A DNA stretch of 62,594 nt, filler included, from Chiloscyllium plagiosum (lineage: Eukaryota): the NCBI RefSeq assembly GCF_004010195.1. It is 3 parts of one record of this genome, joined end to end, with 100 filler letters (N's around TTAATTAATTAA, not from the genome) between each part and the next. Parts side by side here need not be neighbours in the genome. Positions count along the whole stretch, not along the records: positions 27,670 to 54,083 come from NC_057713.1; positions 54,184 to 62,594 come from NC_057713.1; 1 more part is not named here. One strand, 5' to 3'. The notes under the pieces were generated by a model. The model saw only the letters and a program-made list of their open reading frames with translations. It made no database searches and had not been told where the DNA came from. Below, piece by piece: positions 50,995 through 61,892 of the stretch (positions are counted from its first letter, which is position 1; each line of letters opens with the position of its first letter). The translations under genes and the position numbers were made by a program.

Positions 50995-53900
50995 TTTTTT
51001 ATAGATATTTTTATTAGAAATTTAACATTTTTACAAGTTTACAAAAATAAACAAAACTCTCAAGTACAAACATTGATATACAATTAAATCTTAAATATAT
51101 AATAGCCAAAATTTAACAAAAGAAAAATACCGAGAAAGAAAATAAACAACTCAACTAACTACTAATCTAACCTACAACTAACCAGAGTGTATATTTAAGT
51201 CTCTTACACTATTCAAATAAGAGAAAGAGAAAAAAAAAACCCAAAAAAACCAGATAACATAGAAATTGGGTAGTGAGATACATGCTCGGAATGTGTTAAC
51301 ATCAAATGTGATAAAACCCGTATTCGTGCGGGATTCCTCTCCCAAGGGGCCCCGGACCAGCCAGGTTCGGAATCTCAATTACATAAAAGCCCTTGTTAGG
51401 ATAGCCGAAATATCTGTATTCATATAATTCAAGAAGGGCTGCCATATTTTATAAAATAATTCGGTCTTTTGGTGCACCATATTTGTAAGGAAGTCAAGGG
51501 GAATACATTCCATAATTAATCTGTGCCAATTTGAAAGTCCAGGGAGGCCCTCAGCTGCCCAGTTTACCAAAATATTTTTCCTTGCACAGAAAGAGAGAAT
51601 AGAAAATAGTCTCTTCCCGTGTATATCCAGGGAGGGAAAGTTCGAAAAGCCCAAAAGGAGAGACACCGGGTCCACTTTAATTTCCGTTCCTAAAATTTCT
51701 GTCAGGGTACTTGCTACTTTAATCCAATATCTACNNNNNNNNNNNNNNNNNNNNNNNNNNNNNNNNNNNNNNNNNNNNNNNNNNNNNNNNNNNNNNNNNN
51801 NNNNNNNNNNNNNNNNNNNNNNNNNNNNNNNAAGTATTGATAGAGGTCTCCATTAGGTAATCCGAATTTCTGACGCAGCTGTTCAAAAGACATCAGGAAC
51901 CCATCTTTAAATAGGTTCCCTAGACATGAGATACCCCTGGATCTCCAGAGTTTAAAAGTGGCGTCTGTAAACCCCGGTTGGAATTCCCATGCTCCCACTA
52001 TCGGCGCATATGGGGATGTTTTATGTGAGTTGCCCTCATTTTGCCGCATTATATTCCAAGCTTTAATTGTGTTTAGTATTGTAGGGTTTTTACAGTGATC
52101 CGTAATGATTTTCCTCTTGTCTGAAAATAAAAGGTTAATAAGTGGGCATTTTACTTGAGAAGCCTCGATGTCCAGCCAGATTGATTGTGAATCAGACAAG
52201 ACCCAATCGGCTATGTAACTTAATAGGGAACTTCCCAGATTTTAGGAAATAGCAGTTAAGTCCAATCCTCCCCTTGCCTATGGAAGCTGTAGCTTCTTCA
52301 GCTTAATGAAGGGCCGTCTATGATTCCAGATAAAGGAACACAACCAGCCATATAATTTACGTAGTGCCAGCCTCGGCAGCATCACCGAAAGCATTCTCAT
52401 AGGGTATAGGAGACGGGGCAGGACATTCATTTTAATTAGTGCCAATCTACCCAGCCAGGAAATTGGAAGGTCTCCCCATCGCTGGAGGTCCTGCCTTATC
52501 CTCTCCAGTAAATGCGCAAAGTTAGCCTTGTATAACTGACCAAATACTGGGGTAATAAAAATGCCTAAATATAAGAAACCCTCCAGGGACCAACGAAAGG
52601 GAAAATGGGATCCGTCCATTAAGTGGGGTATCATAGCAAGGCCACCTATTGGCATAGCCTCCGATTTTGAGAAATTAATTTGATAGCCTGAGAATGAGCT
52701 AAATGTACTAATAATTTGGATTAAGCGAGGTACGGACATCAGGATTACTGAGGAATAGAAGAACATCATCTGCATAAAGGGTAATTTTATGTTTACCTGT
52801 ACCAATCCTCGGGGCTGTTATATTAGGATCAGCCCGTACAGCTTCTGCTCGTGGCTCAATTATTAGCGTAAATAACAATGGCGAGAGAGGACATCCCTGA
52901 CGGCAGCCCCTAACCACACTGAAGCTATCCAAACCTAATCCATTGGTAACCACAACTGCTTTGGGATCACTATACAATGTTGAGACCCATTTGGTAAACA
53001 CCTTTCCCACGCCAAACCTTTCCAATGTGTAAAACAAATATGACCATTCAACCCTTTCGAATGCCTGTTCTGCGACTAATGAAACTACTACTCCTGGTAT
53101 CTTTCCCTGATGGCAGGCTTGAATCATATTCAAAACCCTTCTAATATTATTGGATGATCTACGGCCTTTAATAAACCCCGCCTGATCCTCCTTTATGATA
53201 TGTGGCAGTACCCTTTCTAGTCTCAATGCTAACGTTTTAGAAAGATTTTTAAATCTACATTTAGCAAGGATATTGGTCTGTATGACGCACAATCTCCTGG
53301 ATCCTTTCTTTTTTTAAGGATAAGAGAGATATTTGCCTCTTTCAGCGAAGGCGGGAGACAGCCCTGACTGTATGCGTAGTTATACATGTCCATAAGTGGA
53401 CCAGAGCTAAAAATGTGTTGCTGGAAAACGCAGCAGGTCAGGCAGCATCCAAGGAACAGGAGAATCGACATTTCGGGCATAAGCCCTTCCTCAGGAATGG
53501 GAGGAAGAGAGCTTCTTCAAGGAAGGCATCCTTGTAAGAGGATTCGCAGTAGGTTAAAATCTTCGAGCAGAAAGTGAGGACTGCAGATGCTGGAGTTCAG
53601 AGCTGAAAATATGTTGCTGGAAAAGCGCAAGAAGAGACCATTCCTAAGGAAGGGCTTATGCCCGAAACGTCGATTCTCCTGTTCCTTGGATGCTGCCTGA
53701 CCTGCTGCGCTTTTCCAGCAACACATTTTCAGCTCTGATCTCCAGCATCTGCAGTCCTCACTTTCTGCTACCATAAGTGGACCAGCCAATATTCCTGTAA
53801 ATTCTTTATTGAATTCAGCTTGAAAACCATCTGGGCCAGGTGCCTTACTGCTCTGAAGTTGCCTGATTGCGTCAAGTATTTCTTGGACTGTTAGGGGAGC

Positions 53901-54083
53901 ATTTAAGACCGATACCTGTTCTGGAGTTAGGCCCGGAAAGGTCAAATTTTTAAAAAATGATTGCATCCTCTTCGTCCTGTCTTCACAATCCTGCGATTTA
54001 TATAAATCAGAATAAAATTTTCTAAAGATTGCATTAATCCTTTTATGATCATGAGTCAAAATACCCATACTTTCCTTGATAGA
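50994..54083 (-). mobile_element. L1-clade LINE: ORF2 RT and C-terminus, 3' UTR, poly(A)
   Basis: KAPGPDGF, YRPISLLNVDLKI, QAGFIKGR, GCRQGCPLSPLLF, LYADD, YLGI, KMNVLPRLLY across - strand ORFs 51379-54068; AATAAA and an A-tail at ~51015-50994; 5' part lost in the gap. Confidence 0.93.
53405..53770. mobile_element. 366-bp inverted PLE-terminus insertion with 15-bp TSD inside L1 ORF2
   Basis: TSD CCATAAGTGGACCAG at 53390-53404 and 53771-53785; L1 frame ...GILAGPLM|DMYNY... resumes across it; hammerhead-like cores at 53467-53494 (-) and ~53644-53671 (+, CTAAGGA variant). Confidence 0.92.
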
Positions 54084-54183
54084 NNNNNNNNNNNNNNNNN
54101 NNNNNNNNNNNNNNNNNNNNNNNNNNNTTAATTAATTAANNNNNNNNNNNNNNNNNNNNNNNNNNNNNNNNNNNNNNNNNNNN
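54084..54183. other. Assembly join: 44 N + TTAATTAATTAA + 44 N
   Basis: Linker at 54128-54139; same construct as 27570-27669. Confidence 0.9.
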
Positions 54184-54441
54184 CCCTATGACTTGTCCTA
54201 CCTGCCTATCTTCTTTTCCACCTATCCACTCCACCCTCCCCCCCAACCTATCACCTTCATCCCCTCCTCCACTCACCTATTGTACTGTACGTTACTTTCT
54301 CCCCACCCCCACCCTCCTCTCATTTATCTCTCCGTCCTTCAGGCACTCTGCCTCTATTCCTGATGAAAGGCTTTTGCCCGAAACATCGATTTTACTGCTT
54401 CTCGGATGCTGCTTGAATTTCTGTGTTTTTCCAGCACCACT
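54184..54441 (+). mobile_element. PLE 3' terminus with hammerhead-like core
   Basis: Homologous to 42710-42965; CTGATGA at 54360. Confidence 0.85.
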
Positions 54442-55279
54442 CTACCCTAGCCAGTTATGGAAGAGGATTGGTTTCTTCAATGGGTTAGGGCCTCATTGAT
54501 CATGCTTCTAAACCTCATAAGGGGACCAAGGCTTCAGGACAGTTATATCGCCGACCATCAGTCGTGGCAGTTGGGTGATGGGAGAGGTAGAACTAGAGGT
54601 TTATTTATATCAGAGGCAACAGAGAGCATCTCAGATGTCATATCCGGGTGACGCATTTTAGTCTGCAGACTCTCAGTCATCGTAGTGTGCTGGGTAGAAT
54701 CAGGTGGGGCTGTAAACATGCTAGTAGTATGGACTACATCCTGGTAATGTGGAGATTGAAGAGGCTGGGCTGCTATTCTCGCACGGGACATTCGTACTGC
54801 CTGAGATTCAAGCTGGGGATTTAGCCCCATTGAGGCACTGGAAGGTGCCTCGTTCTATGCACCAGTATCTTTTTTAGGTTTAGATATGGGAGGTCGATGA
54901 CACTTAGCAACCTCTAACCATTTAATGAAACAATGCATCATATAACATTTGTCCCAAGTGGGATCGGCACCTCCTTCCTGAGTAATTTCTTGCCATTCCT
55001 TAATTTTATTGAAGTTAGAAGAGCATCCATAGGGTCAATGGCCTTGGAACCATCCATATAGATCATTACAAGAAGGAATGACGTACTTGGAATCTCACGT
55101 TTCACAGAGCACCGTTTTGCTGGTGATCCCAGTGGAACAATGGAGTCTCCTACCTGTTGGTGTGATCTTATCACCTTACAATATCTTTGTTTTGTTCGCT
55201 TTTCCATCTTGGGACTGTCTTCTGGGTGCCTCACATCCATGTTCACAGAGAGGCACTGACTGCTGACTCGATTTCCCAT
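54442..55279 (-). pseudogene. gag: Endogenous retrovirus gag remnant (matrix, late-domain region, capsid N-terminus)
   Basis: MGNRVS myristoylation-type start; PLGSPAK; H*PYGCSSNFNKIKEW (WPxxGSF-like); PSSASMGLNPQL (PSAP/LYPxL-like); SPHY (PPPY-like); QLPRLMVGDITVLKPWSPYEV...PNPLKKPILF (capsid start). Several stops and frameshifts. Confidence 0.65.
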
Positions 55280-56146
55280 TTCTATAATCTAGAAAGGTAC
55301 ATCACCTGCCAAGAAAGGAAAAGGAGAGAAAAAAAAATCTGTTACCTGCACCCACATGAGCTAATCTACCTATAAACGCTCACTGGTGTTTCTCATCCGT
55401 CCACAAGGTCTCAAAGTCTCGAGCCTATTTCAATTGGGTAGTTGCCACTTCTCATTCTCTCTCACTGCCCTGATAAGTTTAGTCTTCTCTGCAATCTTGC
55501 CTCAACCTTTCGGTGATCTTGAGTCAGCTGGAGTCACCAGCCGGACACCAGACTTCTCCCTCATGAGGGGAGCATTAGGCCCAGTCCCCCATTCAGCTAG
55601 GACTGTCCTACCCACTATTTCCACTATTTCCTCCATTGCTTTTCTTTGGATGACAAGGCAATTACTTAACTTGAGACTTCCAATCCTGTTTCAAGAAGCC
55701 TTGTTTCTCATGAATTCATGGAGAGGCTGCCACAATCATCATTGTCTCAGCGCTCTCTCTCAAGCTGAACAGTCAGCCTATACTTATACAATGATACAAA
55801 TAACTTTGCTTACATTCCGCACTTTACAATAATTCAAGATAAAAATAAGCACAATGAACATAATGCCTTTGTTCTTTAATGTTGCTCAAGAACAGAGCTC
55901 AAGAAGCACCCCCACTAATAAGCCTATGATACACTCCCTATATTTCATCAAATTATAATTACACAACCTCAGTCTTTATCTCCAGCAGTATTTTCCCACT
56001 AAAGCAAGAGGCGGAGAGCCAAGATACCTTTTACTTTGGTCAAGTATCCCATCATGCAGCAGTATGCCAAGTTCTTACTGCTTCCACATTGATTGTCCTA
56101 ATCATATTATTCTACATGAATTATGAAGGTTTGCATAATAATAACA
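55280..56146 (-). mobile_element. Probable ERV 5' LTR and leader
   Basis: Non-coding sequence directly 5' of gag; TATA-like tataagtat; candidate PBS TGGTGACTCC at 55539-55530 (tRNA-Trp-like); splice-donor-like CAG|GTAACA at ~55345. Boundaries uncertain. Confidence 0.4.
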
Positions 56147-58040
56147 GGCCTCAGCCTGTTCAGCCTTTCCTTATAGCTCAAATCCTCCAACCCTGGCAAT
56201 ATCCTTATAAATCTTTACTGAACCCTTTCAAGTTTCACAACATCTTTCCGATAAGAAGGAGACCAGGATTGCATGCAATATTCCAACAGTGGCCTAACCA
56301 TTGTCCTGTACAGCCGCAACATGACCTCCCAACTCATGTACTCAGTGCTCTGACCAATAAAGGAAGGCATACCTGAGGATTGGAGGGTGGCTAATGTTAT
56401 ACCACTTTTTAAGAAAGGTGGGAGAGAGAAAGCAGGAAATTATAGACCAGTTAGTCTGACCTCAGTGGTGGGAAAGATGCTGGAGTCTATTATAATGGAT
56501 GAAATTAAGACATATCTGGATAGTAGTAACAGGATAGGACAGAGTCAGCATGGATTTATGAAGGGGAAATCATGCTTGACTAATCTTATTGAATTTTTTG
56601 AGGAAGTAACTCTGAAGATGNNNNNNNNNNNNNNNNNNNNNNNNNNNNNNNNNNNNNNNNNNNNNNNNNNNNNNNNNNNNNNNNNNNNNNNNNNNNNNNN
56701 NNNNNNNNNNNNNNNNNNNNNNNNNNNNNNNNNNNNNNNNNNNNNNNNNNNNNNNNNNNNNNNNNNNNNNNNNNNNNNNNNNNNNNNNNNNNNNNNNNNN
56801 NNNNNNNNNNNNNNNNNNNNNNNNNNNNNNNNNNNNNNNNNNNNNNNNNNNNNNNNNNNNNNNNNNNNNNNNNNNNNNNNNNNNNNNNNNNNNNNNNNNN
56901 NNNNNNNNNNNNNNNNNNNNNNNNNNNNNNNNNNNNNNNNNNNNNNNNNNNNNNNNNNNNNNNNNNNNNNNNNNNNNNNNNNNNNNNNNNNNNNNNNNNN
57001 NNNNNNNNNNNNNNNNNNNNNNNNNNNNNNNNNNNNNNNNNNNNNNNNNNNNNNNNNNNNNNNNNNNNNNNNNNNNNNNNNNNNNNNNNNNNNNNNNNNN
57101 NNNNNNNNNNNNNNNNNNNNNNNNNNNNNNNTGAGACATATAAGATTATTAAAGGTTTGGACACTCTGGAGGCAGGAAACATGTTTCCGCTGATGGGTGA
57201 GTACCGAACCTGAGGACACAGCTTAAAAATACGGGGTAGACCATTTAGGACAGAGATGAGGAGAAACTTCTTCACCCAGAGAGTGGTGGCTGTGTGGAAT
57301 GCTCTGCCCCAGAGGGCAGTGGAGGCCCACTCTCTGGATTCATTTAAGAAAGAGTTGGATAGAGCTCTCAAAGATAGTGGAATCAAGGGTTATGGAGATA
57401 AGGCAGGAAGAGGATACTGATTAGGAATGATCAGTCATGATCATATTGAATGGCGGTGCAGGCTCGAAGGGCAGAATGGCCTACTCCTGCACCCATTGTC
57501 TATTGTCTCTACCAAATGCCTTCACTATCCTATCTACTTGCGGCTCCACTTTCAAGGAGCTATGAACCTGCACTCCAAGGTCTCTTTGTTCAGCAACACT
57601 CCCTCGGACCTCACCATTAAGTGTATAAGTCCTGCTAAAATTTGCTTTCCCAAAATGCAGCACCTCGCATTTATCTGAATTAAACTCCATCTGCCACTTC
57701 TCAGCCCATTGGCCTATCTGATCAAGATCACATTGTAATCTGAGGTAACCACCTTCGGTGTCCACTACACCTCCAATTTTGGTGTCATCTGCAAATTTAC
57801 TAGCTATACCTCTTATGCTCGCATCCAAATCATTTATATAAATGACAAAAAGAAGTGGACCCAGCTACTCCACTGGTTACAGGTCTCCAGTCTGAAAAAC
57901 AACCTTCCATCGCCACCCTCTGTCTTCTACCTTTCAGCCAGTTCTGTATCCAGTGGCTAGTTCTCCCTGTATTCCGTGAGATCTAACCTTGCTAGCCAGT
58001 CTCCCATGGGGAACTTTGTCAAACACCTACAAAGTTCGGA
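56147..58040 (-). mobile_element. CR1 fragment (-) split by a + strand CR1 of another subfamily at ~56373-57507
   Basis: - strand RT (SKFADDTKIGG, ORF 57481-57828) continues at 56147-56372; the + insert has ANVIPLFKKG..NYRPVSLTSVVGK..QHGFMKGKSCLTNL and a (tattgtc) tail. Confidence 0.88.
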
Positions 58041-58049
58041 CAAATCAGA

Positions 58050-58622
58050 TTTTTTTGTTCCATAAATGTCGACTTGATTTCCTAAGTGGCTACGGTATGC
58101 TGTCAAACTCTGCAGCTGTCAAACCATTCCCTTGAGGACACAAACGCCAAGGAGGAAGCATGCTGAAACAGCTCCCGATGCTGCTGACTGGACCCGGAAT
58201 GTTGCCTTTGCCAAAGCTGCTTCAACACCAGCTGCCATATAGCCAGGTGACTGCCCCAGCTATCGAGAACCAGGGCCCACCTCAACTTCCAAGAACCGAT
58301 TGATCATCCAAATTAACCCCTGAGGCTTGACGGTCATTGAAGCCATTGCAGATGCTGCCAAACCATCAGAGGGGAAAGAAATGGACCCTAATTCATCGAT
58401 GCTGGATCAGTTGCTCAAGTTGTGACTGCCATGGTGACAAGGAATGGACCAGATCCACCACTCAACAGCTTGCTGTAACCTCTCTCCACCACCACAACCG
58501 CATAAAGAAGAAAAGTGATTGAAGAGAAATAAAATTTAGAAAAGGATGCAGTTGGTCATGCAAGAGGGTGCGAATGGGCTGGGAGCCGAAACACCAGCTA
58601 CCCTGCAGCCTCACTATCTTGA
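58050..58622 (-). mobile_element. Possible LINE 5' UTR fragment
   Basis: - strand starts caagatagtg (decayed CAAGATGGCG YY1-like motif) and continues as GC-richer non-coding sequence. Confidence 0.3.
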
Positions 58623-59142
58623 AGAAGATTTTTATCTCTCAGTAACTTTTTGGTGGTTCTTGCAAGTTTCTAAAATAGCAAAAAACATCCTGTTGCTCTT
58701 GGCAACATTATTGATCTCTATTGTAATCTAAAACATAAATTCCTGAGTGAGCCACAAATGAGTCTTTCCTGCAGAGTTATGTTGCATTTTAATGGAATTT
58801 ATTTTCATTGAACATTGTGAATTGCTTCGTAAAATGTTTGCCACTGTTTAGTTACCAGAATATCTATCTGCAACCTGTTTATCAAACTTAGCTACCTCTC
58901 TCAACTTATCAACGCAATTGCCTTTATTTAAATGCAAATGTTTTGTTTGTGATTGGAATATATTTCTCAAAATGAACCTCTGAAATTGTGATTTAGTTCA
59001 CCATGGATCTTTTACTGTGAAATTACCAATTAATCCTACCCCATCGGACAGTACAAGATCGAAGACAACTCTATCCTAGTCAATTCTACAATGTACTGCT
59101 TCAGGAATATGTCATGAAAACATGACAGATTCATCTTCCAGA

Positions 59143-59348
59143 ATCAAAAAGTATGGCATTGGAAAAGCACAACCATTCAGGCAGCATCTGAGGAGCCGGA
59201 GAGTTGACATTTCAAGCATTAGCTCTTCATCAGGAATGATTGAAACTTCAACCCTGTTGCTCCTCGAATGCTGCCTCACCAACTGTGCTTTTCTAGCACC
59301 ATGCTTTTTGACACTGATTTCCAACATCTGCAGTCCTCACTCTCTCAT
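59143..59348. mobile_element. Older palindromic PLE-terminus element with 16-bp TSD, in an old CR1 EN fragment
   Basis: Inverted arms; TSD AGATTCATCTTCCAGA (59127-59142) / AGATTCACCTTCCAGA (59349-59364). Confidence 0.8.
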
Positions 59349-61892
59349 AGATTCACCTTCCAGACCATCCTGATAATTAGATCATCCTAACCTCTGAGGA
59401 TTAGAGTTCCCTCTCAGCTATTGTAATACCATTGTTGTAAATTACAATATGTTCTTGTTGAATACACTGTCTAATATTACTAGTATAAACTACACCCACC
59501 AGTGTTCTGACTCTTGATATAATTTCCATCATACTGATTCTACCTCATGATCTTCTGGGGCCAGATATTTTCTCACTAACATTATTATACCATTATTTAC
59601 TGACAGCACTACCTTTCCTCCTCCTCCCCCCCCGACTCCACTCTGTCAGCTTTTATATTTATCTTAGGTATTTATTCTGCAACCTTGATCACTTTGCAAG
59701 TATTTACCTGGAATGACAATTAGATTAAAACCGTTGACTTATATTTGTGCCACAGGTTCATCTATGTTATTGCAGATGCTATGTACATTCAGATAAATAA
59801 TGTTTAATCTCAGTTGTTCACTTTTATTCCCTTACCTCATGTGCTGGTGTATAACTTTTATTAAACTGTATGTCCTTTCCTATCCTATAGAGCTTGTCAT
59901 CTGTACCCAAATCCCTTTGCCATGTTTCATTTAATTCCATATTTCACTCTGGATTTCTTAATGTGTCTTCATAAATGACATTAAAGATATGTTAAACATG
60001 CAAATCATATAAATTATTTAAAGACATGGGTGCTGAAAATATTCAAAAATATAACTTAGTAAAACAACTTGCAGAGCCATATTTAATAACACATAGCAGC
60101 GAACTTATGTGAATAATTCATAAGGCCACAAAATTGTTAGTTAAACAATATACAAGACAATTTTGTTCTAAGATCTAAGATAGCAAAGGAATAATAGTAT
60201 TATACCCACTTTGAAAGAGTTGTTTATTCATTGAACCTCTGAAAGAATCCACTAAAACATCAGTGGCGTGGGTAAGAGAAGGTGATTGATACACATACCT
60301 CAGAGAATTGAACTGCTGTGTAAGGACAAATTGTAGCCTATAGCGCAAACTTGATAATATATATGTGCCTTCTCACTAACTGTATATTGCAGTTAGATAG
60401 GTGTACCTATGTAATAAATTAATTGTGCTCATTCTCTGCATAATGTAAACCTAAATCAATAATGATTCAATTTAGATAATTGTACACCTCGTAATATGTT
60501 AATTTCTTGTGCCCAGATCCAAGAGTATAACCGCCTCTGTCATCCTTTGTTGTGGATCTCCAGCATATAATTTTTAGATTGTCTGGAGTCACTATCTGTA
60601 ACTAAATAATTAAGACCATTTTAACACTCTACAGATCTTTATCTGGTCACTCTCTGTAGGTAAAAGTCAGAGGATTGTGGGGGTATTATCAGACCCCAGA
60701 AATTCCTACAACTGGCACCGAACTTCTGACTTGTTCCTGTTGTAGTTAATGGCAGTTATAAGTAAACCTACGCATTTACTTGTCCATGCTTCCTTGATCA
60801 GTCTTCAAATAAAAGCTGGGTAGGTCTCAAACCATTGTAGGAGAAGCAAAGTCACATTCTCTTTCTTCTTACCCCCACCCTCACATGACAATGGAGGAGC
60901 TAGAAACACCCCAAGGGCAAAAGCAGACATAATTGGGATTTAAACTACCACCTAACTTTAATGAAACTTCTATCACATTATCAAGTTTTATATAGCATCA
61001 TTATTTTTAGATATTTCATATAAATATTTAATGCTATTGACAATTTGTAAGTATACTTTAAAAAATTCTTCTTAACATTTAATGATATTGTTATTCAATA
61101 ATTCTGTGTATAATTAGTTATTCTTATTTAGTGTCAAATGTTATTTATGACTTTAACCGAATGTGTGTGAGTGAATGGAGTAAGTGGATAAGAGGGTGGG
61201 AACGAATCAGATGGCTAAGGAGATAGGGTGGTATCTGTATAAGGTGACACTTTGGTGGGTAAGCACATGGATGGTGTGGCAGTTGGGCAGGTAGATCAGG
61301 AATTGGGTAGGGAAGGAGTTGAGTGATGAGGCTACGTCGGCTAAGCTTGGAGGAATCCGTGTCAGGGAATTAGATTATTTGGGTGTTGAGATGGTAGTGG
61401 TGTATTAGGGGAGCGAGAAGGGGAAGCTGTAGATGGTCAGTTTTGTACTTATCTCAGAGATACAGAGGGTTCTAATCCTTTGTTTTCCTGGGAAGTCAGA
61501 ATCCTCCAAAGTCCCTTACTCTAACTCTGACCAGATGCTGGGTAATTGCTATCAGTAAGTTTAAACTTCAGGACAATTATCATGATGTCAGGTACAGTGA
61601 GACATCCGTGCATCCCCATAAGCATCTCCAGTCTACATTGCTGCAACAATGACCTTCCCAATGAAAGATCTGGTCCATTTTACAGAAAGACTCATCTGCC
61701 AGGCTGGCAACATTTTACAATCCATTTTGTAAGGCACATGCATAAAAGTTTTTTAATATGAAGCCATGCCTGAAGTAGGACTGGCAGGTATATATGCCCT
61801 GTTTTTGAGATGTTGGGCTTTTAGCGATACAAGATGAATTCTATCACCAAATCAGAATTGTTATGATACAGAAGGATCCCATTTGGCCCATT

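Noticed and set aside
58740..59140. Apparent - strand exon DRVVFDLVLSDGVGLIGNFTVKDPW
   Set aside because: Matches the CR1 endonuclease LDLVL...LI..L.V..PLG region; an old LINE fragment.
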